Shown: positions 10,526-26,829, numbered from the stretch's first letter. The stretch is 64,000 bases of DNA from Epiperipatus broadwayi (GCA_028023455.1 JAQFVV010000009.1:11594001-11658000); one strand, 5' to 3'. The notes: generated by a model from the sequence alone, not told the origin. Translations and numbers: made by a program.

Positions 10526-13500
10526 CATTTATATTTTTTTCATATATTATTTTTAAATTTTTAATATTTGAATATTTTTGTAATTATTCTTATTTAAAAT
10601 GGAGAATAAAAATGTTGCAGTTTTGAAAAAAACAATTGCATATTAAAAATCGATTCAAATATTATTTTGTTTATGAAAGAAATGTCTTTTTAAAAAAGAA
10701 ACTTTTACATCAAAAGAAAATTAGATTTGTTTTTATTTCTATTTGAATTTATTGTAAATACTTTTTTTTTTTTTAAATATATATAAACTACCCACTTGTA
10801 AACATCTCTGAAAACTTACTGAACCAATATTAATGAGCTTGAAATTTGACCCACCAACAACCTTAGATTATTTAAACCACTGGAAAATCCTGAAATACTT
10901 CATGGTCATATTGCAATATCATTGAATTCTAATATATATATATACAAAATTTGAAGGAAATCTATTTGATAGAAGTCTGTTAAAACTCAATTACAAAATT
11001 TTTCCTAAACAAACAATCAACAGAGCTTCTACATTAAATAAAATCATTTAAAAAGAAAGCAATATTCCCTTTATTTCAAATACTTAACTTCAGGAATATG
11101 TATTTAGAATATTTTTAATTATTGCAATAGTAAAATTAATGGAACATAATTGCAATAATAAAATAGAAAGCTCTATAATATCGTTAATTATTTCACTATG
11201 TAAGTAAAATATTTTTCCATTGTGTGTGTATTATTACACTTTTAATATTGTGCAGATACCAAAAACTTTAATATTAAATAGTGCACTCTGAATAAAGAAT
11301 TCACATTCCAAAAGAAATTAAAAATACCATTTGATGATAAACAGACAAAAGAAAATAAAAATAGCTTGCCAATTGGTGTTGTCTGAGTGAAATATCTACT
11401 TTTACAATATATGATTATTTATTAGATTTTTTATTTGAGAACTAAGAACTGCAATAAATATTAAAATTATGAACATGAAAGTGGATCTAGATTATATTCT
11501 GTATATTTAGAAATATCTTATAACATATATATTAAATTGGGAAACTGCACTAAAATATGTCTGTCTTACTCACTCTGGGATGTTTGCCACTCTATTAATG
11601 TCCAATATCTACTCAATACTTATAGAAACTATAAATATATTTGTGATTATTATATAGTACAAAGATTATGATTTAAGAAAGAAGAATCATTTATATTTAG
11701 AAAATTAATTGATTATAAAATAATTTGTTACATATCTCACTATTTTGCATCATAGATAATATAATAAATTATTTTTATTTGTTTTTTTTGAATGAGTATA
11801 TGATTTTATTTTGTTTGGAGTTCAATAATTTAGGACTATAATGATCAAATATTCAATTATTTTGAATATTATGAGATGTTTAGTCATTGGAAGAGACAGA
11901 TTGAATTTATCCAAGAACTTTTTGGTTTCAATATACAGTAATCATTTTATTACTATAGTTAACCACTTGGGCTTGAATGATTGATTTATATTTTTTGGTG
12001 ATTTGTATTCATTAAGAGATATAAACTCTTGAGGAAATATAATGTTGCTGATCTTTCATTAACATTTACATTATATAGTGGATTAATTCTTTTATAGTCC
12101 CAAATCTTGACATTGCCATTTATTGCCATTTTTATTTCATTAGTTGAATGTAAAGTTATAACTTTTGCGATTAACTAAGTTTTAAAGACCTTATTATTAG
12201 TTTTCAGTATTGACTATTGGACCCTTTATTCGTTGAAATGTTAAATGTACCCATATTCAACTGTGAGAGTGATAAGTATTGAATGCTATTTAATGTATTG
12301 TTATTGCCTAACTTTAGAAAACAATGTGAATAAAGTTAGATATTACTATATGACATGTAAATAGGTGACTAAAAGAGTCCTATGACATTTTATTTGATAT
12401 ATTAAATTATGTAATTGTTATTAACCCACTTATATTGTTTTGTAATATTTTCAAGTATTTGTTTTTATTTAGTTTCTCATTTTATTTTTGATTGTAGAAC
12501 TTAATGTACATATTTATACACCAAATGATTAATTGCATAAAATTATCCCATGAGAATTGTAATAAAGATGCAAAATTAAAAAAGGTCATTTGTTTTACTT
12601 TATATTCTAATATTAAGATGTTAGTAATTTTTTTTTATTTAGAAGAATACCTCTTCACATTTTTATAGATTTAAACCTCTCCACATTTTTATAGATTTAT
12701 ATCCATATAATAATTATTAGATATGAAATTAAAAGCAGACATTAGCTTTCATATTTCTTTTTTTTTTTTTAAAGAAAAATAGAAAAAAATAGTCTGCTTA
12801 CTAGAATAGAAGTGTCTTCTATATCTATTTCATACCTGCTGAAATAGTGGTTTATGATTGTAGTCTTCAACATAAAATGCGTGAAAATCTAGAGTTATGC
12901 AATATGGTTTGTGGAATCACAGTTATAAAAGTCACTTGTTATATTAAATCTCTCCCATCCCATTTTTTTAAAGACATTTTTTTTAAAAAACAGTTCAATC
13001 TCATTTATTAATTTTACTACCTAGTCATAAAAATGATATTAATTTAAAAAATGATACTTAAAAGGCTTTAATGCTTTAATAAATAAATAAAAAAACAAAA
13101 GTATTTAATGCTTTAATGAATCAAAAAAGTTTGAATGAACATGTTTCTATTTTTAATAATTTATTTAGAAGTATAGATCTGCTGTATTAATTTTTTAATG
13201 ATACCAATTTAAAAAATATATAAATCTTGATATTGCTATAAAGATAACAATAAAAGCAATTAAATATAAGTCATCAAAATTAATTACTGCTTGAACAATT
13301 TTTATTACTCTGATGATTAAAAAAAAAAATCAAAACTTTTTTAATGAACATTCAGTTGTCACTAAGTTATATCATGAGAGTATGGAACAGGCATATACAC
13401 TTCAAAATTTACAGTTGTGTTGTGTTTTTAATACATCTCACTCAGATAGACTTAGTAGAATAGTGGTTCATTTACTAATTTGCTTTACTTGTCACCACTG

Positions 13501-14648
13501 AGTTTAAATTCATTAGGTTATAGATTTTGTATGCAATTAAAGATTTTCCAAATAATATCAGTATTTTTTCATGTATGCGGCTTATAACAAGCTTAATTAT
13601 CCAACATTGATACCTATAGGAATTCTTCCAGAATAATCTTTTGATTAATAAGTTAAGTATTGATATATGAACTATAAAGAGAAAACATATTTGTGCCATG
13701 GGATAATGTTAAGCATTGGTGAGAGAGCTATTATTCATCTACCACCATTAAACTTATAGTTTATCTTTATTGTTTCATAAATACTTGTCTCTTTAATTTA
13801 TCTTATTTGACAATATTTCTAAATAATTAACAGAATAATGAGAAATACATCAAATGTGAGTATTGAAATTATTAGAGTATATTAAAAAAAACTATAAAAT
13901 TTTTATCTGTCTGACAAATCAACATTTTTACAAATTTTTTATAAAAAATAAAAATCCAGATAATACTATTAATATATCTATGAATAATTCAATGAAAATA
14001 TTATACATTGACACTTTATTTGATATGATTTTAAAATTTATTTTCAAACAAAATATTAATAAATTATCTCTTAATTTTATCATTTATTAAAATCATGGGT
14101 GTACATTATAGTTTATAATTTCTTCTGTAGGGTGTTTTATAACATTGTTAATGCTGGAAATATGTGAACACTAAATGCTGATAATTGTTTCAATTGACAA
14201 GTAATGATAAGTCTGTAACTTGATTTACATTGTTTTTCTGATTTAAGATAGTTGGATACCTTTAAATACAAAGTCAAAAAGAATGATTGGACAAACATTT
14301 CATCCTCAGAGTCTATAGAGATCTTAACTATCTATGTAGGTAAAATCCTGTTTATGCATATTTTCAAAGAATTGCTTCTAATGTTATTTGTTAAATGTGT
14401 CAAACTGTTATTTTTGTTTTAATTTCTGTTTAAATTAAAATCGGGGATTTTGAACTCTTTTCTTTCATCAGTATTAGTGAGATGTTTCTATATAAATATG
14501 AAGTCACATTTTGATTCATATTACAGATTGGTGATTTTTCCTTGACTTTTGTCTATGTATTATGATCTTGTAATTGTTTTGTTTTTTTTAAAAAAAATTG
14601 TTAAAAAAAAATAAAATTTTAAATGTTAATTAGAATTTTTTTTTGCAG

Positions 14649-14805
14649 GTCGGCCACGGGAGAAGCCTGGCAGGAGATAATGCTGGGATGTAGCTACAAA
14701 CCATATGTGAAATGTGATCCTGTTTCAGATGATAAAGGAGGAGTTTGTGGATCCGACTTTGCTTTTCCATACTTCATATCTTTTTATGTTCTTTGTTCAT
14801 TTTTG
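14649..14805 (+). CDS. Ca-alpha1D: Cav1 exon: domain IV pore loop and IVS6 ([52 protein letters not shown])
   Basis: ttttgcag acceptor, gtaaga donor, 157 nt. The selectivity-filter Glu in TGEAW is retained; overlaps ORF 14623..14829. Confidence 0.97.
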
Positions 14806-17800
14806 GTAAGAATACTTTATAACACTTAAACAAACCTAGCATTTCATGTTTAACATTCTGAATAAACACTTAACTTGACATAGGAACTTAATTTCCATTG
14901 GAAGAGCTTCTTCAGTTGAGTATTTATCAGGGTTGCTTAAACGAAAGTCTACCTGCAACATATTTTAAATATCTTATGCTCTTCTATAAATATTAAATAT
15001 TATATATATATATATGATTTGATGCTCTTTGGAAATATCAGTGAATTATGTGTATCTGTTGAAACTATTCAATTGGAGATATGAAAGCATTCTGTTATTT
15101 ATTATTTTATTAACATTTAAACATTGTATAGTTATAGCATGAAATAACAATAGCTATTTTGTTTAAAGATGTCCCTTCATTATATAATAAAATTACATAG
15201 AGTTAATTTATATTTTTATAATTTTATAATCCATAATGTATCCAAGCAAGAAAAATTATTCCATTAGATTTTTATTTTGGGAGCCATTTAAAAGCAAAAT
15301 CATATTTAAAGACAATTTTATTGAGACTAATGATATTAAATAAATTCTATAAATAAAAACTTTTGTCAGACTTATGTCTAAATTTTTATGAACCTTTTAC
15401 TGGAAAATAATTTTTGATACTCACAATTATCTTGCTAAGTATGATTTCTGATAATCATAATCATTATTAGTGCAAGAAGTGATAGTTCCTTATTAATAAT
15501 TATGACTGACAACATACTAAGCAATTTAACCATTATTCTATTGAATTATTTTATGAAATTTTTATTTTGTATATGTTAATTTGGGTTTTCAGTTTCTAGA
15601 CAATAGAATATTATAATTGACTGATCATTTGGTTCTTTTTGCTATTGCTTACCACACTATTTGCATAATTTATTCGATTATAATAATTTTTAAGAAATAT
15701 GGCTCTCTTAAAACATTGTCATGTGTTTTATTTCTTCCGTAATTATTTTTTATAATTTTTGAACCTTTATTATATATATAAGTATATTCAACAAGCCAGC
15801 TCAAGCTTTTTTATAATTAAACATTAACAAAATAAATTAGCTCCACAAAAACACTTATATTATATATATATTATGATGTTAGAACTTGAATTTAACACTT
15901 GGTGTATTATCTAAGTGAAAATTTTGTTAAGTTATTTTAGTTCTAATATTATCTAAATTAATTTAAAAGTGATTAAAATAGTTTATATTGTTATTAAATG
16001 GTGATTTTAATAATGCATCACCATAATATAAGATAGAAATGGTCGAATATATTTTTAACAAATGATCTATCAAAATTTTATTTATTTCTATTTTGCAGCA
16101 AAATTTTAAGATTAATATTAGCCATTTTATTCTTAGGAAGATATAATAAAATTAATGACTTATGTTAGGAATATATTAGTAAAACTATATAAATGGTTTA
16201 ATATAATAATAAAATAAAGCAAGTATTGATAAATTTATTTGTTAACATTTTATTTATTGCATGTATTTCAAATATAATCTTTAAACATAAACAAATAAGA
16301 TATTAAATTATTGTTAAAGTATGTGTATGCATGTTTATGTGTTAGTCTAATTAGTCTATTAAATTATATATATATGAAAACATTGTTTTCAAAACATTTA
16401 ATTTATTTAAAACTGATATCAGCTATGAAGCTGACTACCTTCCAACAATTATCACAAAATTATTAATTACCCAAAATGTTATTAAATAAGAATAAATATA
16501 TTTATTTACATATATATACAAATCAATTAAGATTTTACTAAATAAGGATTCATAATTACTTTATATACACATTAATAATTAGTCCTTGATTTAAAGTTCT
16601 AAATCTTCAATGCTATAATCACCACCAAACAAACAAATATTGCTACTACAGTAATGATGGACCTAAGCGAATATTAAAAGTTTATACTCACAGTACTTAA
16701 AACACAATCTTAATTGGGCCTTCTCAGACATACACAAATAATAAAAGACCGGTGAAGTCTTTAAACATTTGCCCTAGATGGATTTCCTTCACTTTCAGAA
16801 GCACCGTTTTGGGACACTTCCGGTTTTTCTCAAAGGTTCTTATGATAGCAATAACAACAGCATCATAAGGGGAGAAATGACCCTTGCTCTTTTTTGCATG
16901 GCTATTTATACTGTTTTCTCCTTGCTTGGTATTATGTAAAAAATTCCTATCATTCCAATGTACTGTAAATCTGTTTGACTAATGCATCTTTACAATGACA
17001 ATAAGGATCCGGCTTCTAATTATCTCCGTTCCTATTCCACAATAATTAGCTTCAAATATTAATTCCATTTGTTTTCTCCTAAAATAATATAATGGTTTGA
17101 TTTGAACAATACACAGTTTTCTTGGTATTTTAAATTCACGAGTTATATCCGGCCTTGAAAATAATCATTTGCATTATCTTTCAGCAATCTTTTATAGAAT
17201 GCTTTTACCTTACAATCTTTATCTGTTCAAGTCTAATTTATCTGCAAACCAATCTTTCTTCGTTGAATTAGATTTAAACTAAAATTATCAAAATAAAGTT
17301 TCCTTTATTTTACAAGAATTTATTTTCATTACTTTTTTAAAACTTACATATCTATTTACATTTACGTTTCCATTAATAATTAGCGATTTTTTATTGCTTT
17401 TTAAATTAGATATGTATTCACATTTCATTACTATTTTTTTTCTGAAGTAAAACTTAGCTCTATAACTTATAGCTCTAGAGTTACTGAAGCCTAATATATT
17501 TTGTACAAAATATAGCAGTATAAAATAAATAAATAGAAAGGAATATCTATTTTTATTTTAAAGTATGACTAAATGTATTTTGAGTTTTGATTTCTAAAAT
17601 TATATTTCTTCTTCTTATATTTAAAACATATTGTAATATTTATTTTTATAAAGTTTTAAAAATATATTTTAACATGAATGCTAGATTATTAAAAAAGTAT
17701 TTTTATTGAGTGAATATATGGATAAATTTGATTTAAAAAAAAACAACAGAAACATGTAAACAAAAGTTTACAACATAAAATGTCATAGAAACAATATCTA

Positions 17801-18429
17801 GGATAATGACATAAGTATGTCATTATTGGGATAAAATTATTTGAGCCTTTGATTTTAGATTAAATTCATTTTTGTCTCAATTGCTTAACAGCACAAAAAT
17901 TTATGCAAAATAAAGTCTTACTTGCTTTATCCATATCACACTTTTTAAGAGACTTTCACATTTCACTAACATGACCAATTGAAAATACAAATAAGCAGCT
18001 TTAGTGTTTATTAGTTGTTAAAATTTAACTTGTACTAAATCAAATTTTCATGATAGTCAAACTGTATGTTGTGCAAAAATTATAGTAATAAACAATTTGG
18101 GTTCACAGAGCTAGTGCCATTGTTTTCAATAGTAGTATGCAGTTTAAAGTAGTGATAGCATAGAGTTATTGAACTAAATATTTTATGTTCAAAACTCAAT
18201 GTTATATTTACAATGCCCAAACTTTTCTTTAATGACTATTTAATTGTTCTTTCCAATAATTTCAGACAATAGTTTACTGCTATTACTGGCATGCTTAAAG
18301 TAACAAAAAGAAATATTTAGTATTTAATGTCATTTAATAGTATCCAAAAAGGAATAAAAACTTTCTTTGTACTTTCTAATCGAATATTTATGCATAAATA
18401 TGTACTATTGTATGAGTCAATTTAATATC

Positions 18430-18740
18430 AATAGCTTTTCATTTATACATTTAAGAATTTTTCTTTAATAGAAGGTGTCAAGTTAAGTTCTTCAATAAAT
18501 CCATCATATGTAGTCTTCTTTCATTTGATGATTTGCCCTTCCAAAAAAATTGTCAAATATCTACTTATTTACTTATAATTCCCTTTTTTATAAGATGAAT
18601 TTTAGTAAAAACAACTATATTATTCTTAAATTTTGACAATTCATTAGCAAAAATATTACCCTACATTCAGGTCTTGAAGAGTTCATACAAAAGAATGCTT
18701 ACATATTCCAGGTGCTTATATTTAGAAAAAATTTTGACTA
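18430..18740 (-). pseudogene. Decayed LINE (RTE-like) AP-endonuclease N-terminal fragment
   Basis: Reverse translation gives NISTWNM*...NSSRPECR...ANELSKFKNNIVVF...FFG, resembling the RTE motif TWNVRTL..RPERRTALVARELARYNIDIAAL. Heavily interrupted. Confidence 0.55.
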
Positions 18741-20568
18741 CTGTTCTTGATTACTATCACTCTCACCTTCATAAATACCATTACCATTTTTAATATCATT
18801 ACTATTTATATTGCTTAAAAGAGAAATCTACCACAACCTAGCAAGAATTTTGTGAAATGGTTATTTTTAGTCATCTTTTTTAGATTCTTCCACATTTTCG
18901 ATAATGATTAGTAATAATCATTATTGGGTTTATCTGAAATGGATGGCTTCAAAGTTGTGAATGGAGGAGTTTGACAATGGTAAATGAAAATGTAACAATT
19001 TGTTAAAAGCTGTAAGTTTCTTAAATAGGACTTTTCCAGCACAATATCATTTGTCAACTAATACTGTTCAAATCCAGTCCCACTAAATTCATTATTGAAT
19101 TATTGGATTGTTCAAGATTATGAATAAAGATTTCCAGTTTTAAAACTTGTTTTCATATCACATTTCATATAGCTGAGAGAATTGCAGGCTTTACTTAATC
19201 ACACATAGTTGTTTGCTGAAAAAAAAATAAAACATTAGAATCATGATTTTTTTTTATATGTAATTAAAATACTGAAATTTGGTTGCTTAAATACAATTCC
19301 ATTGAAACTATTAGTAAAAAAAAGATAGATATCAGAAAAATTTATTATGGTTATAAAAAAACAACAATAAGGCAAAAGGCTCAAAAAGGAGATGAAAATA
19401 CTACATACATTGGAAGCAGTTTTTAATTTTTGATGAATAATTATCAATCTATACAACAGCAGACATTTTGTTTGTGTTAAAAGGAATAAACTAGCCTTTG
19501 GTGTACCATCTTATTATCTCTTAGGACAGCAGGAGATATTTTTGATCTGGCACTGGTTTTTAATTATTCTTAGATATCTTTTTTATCTGAAGGTTATTCC
19601 ATTATCTAACACAGTAATTTGAGTTTACCTTAAACACATTTTTTTATTTTGTTAAATAATGATAAAGTATAGTAAAATTAATGCTTGCTTTTTGAGAAAG
19701 ACATTCTGCACTGAAAATACAATTAAAATTCTAAATAATAAATATTGTTATTGGTTCAATATAACAATTAATGCAAAAAGTGATTAAATATTGATAAATA
19801 TTTGTTTTGTTTTTAAAGGGAGAACTGTGAGGCACTTAAAAACATGTGTGAAATACTTTTTCATTTTGTAAGCAATCAGTTAGAATGAAAAATATCAGTT
19901 TTTATTGTGTCTATTATAAATTCTACTGCAGATTATTTGTAATCTAGAAACAGAACAAACATAGAGTTTTAAACTAATATTTTTCAATGTAATAAAAAAG
20001 TATAATTATAAAATTTTAATATTTATTAAAATTTGAATAAATAAAGAACTGTTCTCAAAGCATATTGAAAGGTCTGTAAATATTCTCTGACTGAAGCAAA
20101 TCTATTGAATTTACTATTTAATTATTTTGGGAAACTGCTCACATCAATTCCATTCAATTGACCAAACTGAGTTTAGGAAAAGAAAGAAAACTCTCCCTTT
20201 GAATATTTGAAGAAAACTGATGCGAGAGTAAGATAAAAACCTTTTTTTATATTTCAAAATCAATTCCAGAACCCAAAGTCCACTATTCTTATCACTAAAT
20301 TAAATTAGTTGGAGTTTGTTTTTAAACAACAGGGAGTTAAAGCAATAACATTTATTGTTGTTGCCATGATAGTTTGAATTTTATTGTAGCATTTAATATT
20401 TAAAATTACTTTATAAATAAGAAATTCTATTGCTGAAAATTAAACTGACAGAGGATTTTTTCTTTTTATCTCTATTATAAACAGTTGAAATATTTTTATG
20501 AGTAAAAGTAAACATTTAAATCTTTTATGGGTAAAGTATGTTTAAATTTCTTTTATCTTTTTTTTTAG

Positions 20569-20697
<129 letters not shown>

Positions 20698-21499
20698 TAA
20701 GAATTTTTATTTGCTTATTAATTTTATTTTTATTTTAAATTTATAATTTATAAAATAATTTTGTCTAAATTGTATTTTATTTTAAGTAAAATCTTTTTTA
20801 ACTAAAAACAAAAAATTATATACAATTTTACAGTAATTATTTACATATAAATTTTAAATTACAGATCTTCATACTTATTTATATATATTTTTTATAAGAT
20901 TCTTTTTTAATTAAATAATACTTTTTTATTTTTATATATTATTTCCATAATTCACATGGGGACAGACCAGTACTTGACCAAATTTTTTTCATTATTTCTT
21001 TTTTGCGGAGGGGGGGGGGGCATATATTTGATACATTATTATTAAAGTATGTATTCCAATCATTATGATGTTTTTTTTTAACTTATATTTTTTATAATCA
21101 AAAATCATTTCACATGTTATTGTTCATATAGTTTTTAGAAAGTACCAAAACCATTGCATTATGTGGATTAAATATTTTAATATTGTTTATTTCCTTTTTA
21201 AATTCATGTACGGAGCGTGAAATATTTTTGATCTTAAGAGTTTAAATGCTACACATTCTTCAAACAAGTGATAAAATGTTTCATCTTTCATCTTACAAAA
21301 AATATATAAAGGCTCCAAATTCATATTTAGCCAACAATTTAAATAAACCTTCGTTGATAGGAAGTCATTTAAAATTTTGAAATGGAAATTGATATATGAT
21401 TGTAGAGCATATTTATTTTAATAAACAGCACAAATAATACATGTTTGTTACACATCCATTAACTCAAGTGACTAATGTTGAAGTTATTTCACATTTTTC

Positions 21500-24400
21500 T
21501 TTATCATTATTAGGGTGGGTCAACTTGAATTCTTTTGTTCCTCAGATTGAGATCATCTGAATCACAATCACTTTCATTCAATAAAGATGGTATTAAATCT
21601 TCATTCTTTTCTTTTTGCATATGTGTTTTCATAATAGTTGCCATCATTTATACAAACCATTACAACTTGTTTTGACAGATATTGCATTACTATTGCTTTG
21701 TTCAAAATTTATTTAGGTTATTTTTTGTCTTTGTCCACACTCGTGCTCCTGGCACGAACTTACACATAGTTGAGTTCTGTTTACTGCAATGCTGATCAGG
21801 TATTATATTAGACTAGTCTTATTTGTTATGCAACTTGTGAGTTAAATATAATTCCATATGTGATTTTCCTGCTTTAGCAGCTAAAATTGAGTGCTGTTAC
21901 AAGAGTGTGGTATAACCGCTGCTTGTATTTTCATTTTTTCTCAATTTATTTATTGATACTCTCAAATTTTGGACAGCTTTTCTGCCAAACCATTGGATTG
22001 AGAATAGTAAGGGGCATGAGTATGTGTTTTGTCCTCCATTCTTTTATACTCTCATTGAACTTGTCTGATGTGAGAATCAGTTCCATTGTCAGAAATTAAA
22101 TTTTCAGGAAGACCGTGATACAAAAAAAATTCATATAATTTTTTGATTGTCTCATCATAACTATTACTCTTAATTAATTTGTATTCTACCCCCCCTAAGT
22201 ATGCATTGACTACAACAAAAAGGAAATGTTCATTAAATGAGCCATGTGGTCAATATGGATGTGTTGTCAGTCGTGGTCTTAATGCTTTTAGTCATGACTC
22301 AAAATTTTTAGCTGGCATTCTAGCACATGATTGACAATTATTAAATTTTTTTATAAAATTCTCAATATCAAAGTTAATGTTGGCCATCATACATAGCTCT
22401 GTGCTAATGCTTTAGTTCTGACTATGCCTGGGTGACTTTCATGCAATAATTGTAGAATTGAATCTTACACTTAACTGGTATTAAAACATGATCACCTATC
22501 AGAATACAGCCTTTGCATACTGATAATTTATCATGGTCATTCCATAATTTTTTATAGAAAAATTTTGGACATTTATTATTCCTTGGATTTGGCTTATAAA
22601 TTATTGGTAACCCTCATCTTCCTTTATTTAAACAGCTACTGTTTTACTATTAAGTACATGTGATTTTAGTACATCTATATAATTCTTTTACATTGCTCTC
22701 AGTCTCATCTGGTATATGGAATAGTGTGTCTACATGTCCAATTTGTTTCCTTTTTATATTCTAATGTTTAGTCATCTCAACATGCAAGGGCTAAGATGCT
22801 GAGGAACTTGGTTTCCCAGAAATTTTTAGCAAAGGGTTTATGATCTGTTAGAATACTAACATCCATATAAATATTAGTGAAATTTATGAATTCCAAACAA
22901 TATGGCAAGAGCTTTTTTGTCTAGCTGATTGTAAGCACAGGCAATCAGTCATTTATTTGTATGTGCTTGATGATATATTATTGCACCAACTCCAAATTCA
23001 GATGCACCCATTATAAGCATAATTTCTAAATCACTATTATAATCAACAAATAATTTATTCAAAATGAGCAGTGATTTGTTATACAAAAATGCTTGCTCTG
23101 TGCTGATTTCCTATTCCATTTCTAGTTTTTTTTTTTAATTAATCTTATAAGGATCTGGCTACATGAATTTTGTGCCCTTGTTTTCAAAATAATTTATAAT
23201 ACCTAAAAAAAACTTGTAATTGATTAACATAATTCAGTCTTAGAGCTTTAGCTATATCATTGACTTTTTCAGGGAAAGGAGACATACCTTTATTTGAAAA
23301 TTATATGCCCTAAAAATTTAATTTCACTCACCTTCCAGATATATTTTGGCTATTTAATTTTGCTCCAAATATATGCAGTTTTTTTGCACATTATATAGAC
23401 AACTTCTCAGTTCATTTTCCATTATAGTAGTAATTAGGATGTCATCAAAAAGTGGTATAATTCTCTCAGATCCATTAAGGAGAGGGTCTCAATTTTCAAC
23501 TGAAAAATACTACATGTAGAAATCATTCCTAAGAGAAGTTGTTTGTATTTAAATAACTCTATGTAAGTGGTAAATGCTAGTATTTCTCTAGCTTTGTTTG
23601 TTACTGGTATCTGGTGGAATGCAGAGTTAAGATCTAATTTAGCAAAAAAATTATATTTTTGCAATGATGCAATTACTTCTCTAGAATTAGATAGAGGGTA
23701 TGCATGTTTAGTAATACCTTTATTTACAGATATATGAATTTGATCATTTAGCTTTGTAATTATGACTAATGGCATAGCCCATTCAGATTTCTCTATAGGT
23801 TTTAGTCTGCTGTTCTTAACTAATTTGTTAATTTCCTTCTCTACTTTTTCTTTCTGAGCAAATGAGATTTTCCTTGGTTTGCAAATTATTGATACTGCCT
23901 TTGGGAATAACTCTAGTGACATAGGGATGATTTTTATTTTCACAGATTCCTCATTAAACAATTTAGGAAAATTTTCACTTATTTCCCTCTCAATGGCAAT
24001 CTTTTTCACCAATGTAATTTTAATAACCATTTTTTGAACCAATCATGAAAGATTAGTGAGTTTAGTGAATCATAAACTATACACTGAAATATATAAAAGG
24101 TTTTACCTTTCATTTTATTGACAGTTTTAATTACTCCTTTGATTTTAATAGCATTACCATTAACATCTTAAGTTTTTTAATCAGTGGCTTTTTACTATTA
24201 GTAATTATAGAACTCCATTCACATGCCAAAATCAAAGATACACCACTTCTACTATTGACTTCTATAAATATGGGTTTGCCGCATACCTTTAACTGAATCA
24301 TAATTTTATTAGAATCAATTGTTAACATACTTTTTTATATTGACTGATTGATTTTCATCTATACTAAATATTCCCTTTATGGCTGGGCTGTTACTATCTT

Positions 24401-25300
24401 TACTATGTTTATCTATTCTCTTTTTTGTATATTATTTCCAAGTACCATTTTTTGTTACAGATTTTGAGATGTTCATTTTTGGGGAAACAGTTATTGGTTT
24501 TATGGCCAGGTTTTCCACAACAAAAACAGATAAATAGAGTTTTATTATTACAATCATTAGCTTTTAAATGTATAAACCCTTTTTCCTCTGGTTTAAATGT
24601 TTTACAAATGTCCTTTATATTTTATCTTGAATTTTTATCTTTGCTAATTCTCTCAATTGCCCAAAACTGAATTCATGGGCTATGCCATTTTTTATAGCTT
24701 TGCTATATAATTTAATTTCACTGTCAACTACCAGCTGTTGTCTTAAACTGTTGCTGCTCATCCCCCACAGAAATTTCTCAAGAAGTAATTCATCAAGAAA
24801 TGAACCATATACACAATTTTTTGAAAGATCACAAAGAGCTATATCGTAATCTTTAATGTTTTCATTTCAGCTCTGACAGCAATTTTTGAAATGAAGTCTG
24901 ACAATGTGCCTAGAGGGACATTGACTAAAATAATTTGCCAAGCAATATTTTATTTGGTTGAAAGGATAATTCTCAGAAGTATTAGGTTCATAAAGCCTAT
25001 TAGCAATCTCTATTACTTCTTTTCCTGCAAAACACAGCAGTGATGCAACTCTAATTTTTTCATTTTCACATTTTTATTAATGAAGAGATATATTTCTACA
25101 TGTACAACATAAAGAAGCCAATTACTAGCTTTACTGACAACAAGTTCACCAATTGATGATTGTATTTTAGTAAACATTTAATACTTATTACTTTAGCAGT
25201 TTACCACTTTTTAATTGTTTTGACTTATGACTGTGCCAATTGCTATATTTGGGAGTGCAATCCATACACTACCAAATAGACATAGGCTTATATAACATTT
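21500..25300 (-). mobile_element. Decayed Ty3/gypsy retrotransposon internal region (Mag-like): gag with CCHC knuckle, protease, RT, RNase H, integrase
   Basis: CFCCGKPGHKTNNC at ~24487-24528; protease ORF 24131..24328; RT ORF 23434..24042 (FAKLDLNSAFHQIP); integrase HPGIVRTKALAQSYV*WP at ~22380-22435. LTRs not confidently found; boundaries approximate. Confidence 0.85.
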
Positions 25301-26829
25301 ACTTGGTAACAGTAATACTACTGTAGCAATTTAAAATTTATGATTTAATAGATTATAATACAACTATTATAAGCATTTTAATTAGAGATATATACATATT
25401 AACAATTTATATAAAGCATATATATTTATATTTAAAGGCATTCTTAAATAATAATAATAAAGATCAGTGTGATTTTTTTTAATCCATAAACTTTCCTTAG
25501 CCACATTCGGAGGCAAGTCTCTCCACAATATTAGCTATCAAGGACAATACACGATGACATCCAGCATCGTTGTTATTGCAAGTATATCTGCATGCTTGTA
25601 GCTTCCATAAGACAGTGTCTCTTGATTCTTTCTTTAGATCAATCTTTCACTATTAATTAATAATTAGAGCTCCTGTTCTAATTGGTTAAGTCATTTATAT
25701 TATCTAATGTTATTTATCTGTAGATGCATCCAGTTACTAGTAATTTCTTCTTAGTAATTGCAACTAATTAATTAGATTATTTTCTGATGCAGTTCTGCTA
25801 TTTGTTTTGCTCTTTAGGAATTTAATTAAGATTGTTTCCTGGATTTATGATTAATCTTTTAGTAATATTAATTCTTTTATCTATTGCTTCAATCAGTTTT
25901 AATTTTACTTTTTACTTAAATTTAATCTACTTATTTTTAAACTTTAATTGGTATGCATTTCACATACATGCATATATATATTGTAACCCTCCCCCAACAC
26001 CTCTTCCACCTTAGCTTAACTCAGTTGGGGGTTACAGAGATCTATAAGGTGTAAAATGTATATTAGATATGGGAGGAAACATTGTGATTAATAGGAACAA
26101 AACATCTATTAAGTTTTAAAATAAATAAATAATAAAAATTGGTGAAATTCTACCATTTAAATTTACAAGCTCTTTCCATCATCCCCATGCAGTGAACAAC
26201 CTCTATTGTGTGATAAAATTAAATTAATAAAATAAAGATGCAATGCTGATTAAGTTAGAGTTAAATACACAATAAAATATAACATTACTTACCTTTTAAT
26301 TGTACAGTAATTTAGACTAAGTAACTGAATTAATGTTTAATCTAAATAATAAGGGAATATCTCAGGGAATTAATTTATTGCATGGCTTAATTTTAAATCT
26401 ATACTTTCCAACAACTACTATTTACTATTATAAAAGTAATGACATAAATTAAGCATTATTCTAATAAAAATGGTAGTAGTTAGATAATGAAAGAAATAGG
26501 GTGCATTTTGATTTTAATTCATCATCTAGATAATAACTGAGTAATAGAATTTTCAGAGAATCACTAAATAATCAAACATTTCATATAGTGTTTGGATCAA
26601 GAAAAGCAACATCATCAGATCTGGACATATTCATCATTAAATTATGGAATAGTGCAATCATATCATATTGGATATGTAAATGTGTGTGCATGTGTGGAAA
26701 TATAGAACACAAATGCATGTCAAAGAAGAATTGTGAACACAGCTTTAAATAAATAAAACATTTATTATAAGATAATTAAATAAACATTTGGTTTTATAGT
26801 TTATGTGTATACATGTTTTGGGACAATTC

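Noticed and set aside
16600-17300. Higher-complexity, CpG-containing segment suggestive of a TE or exon
   Set aside because: No recognisable protein motif in the frames I translated and no terminal repeats found.
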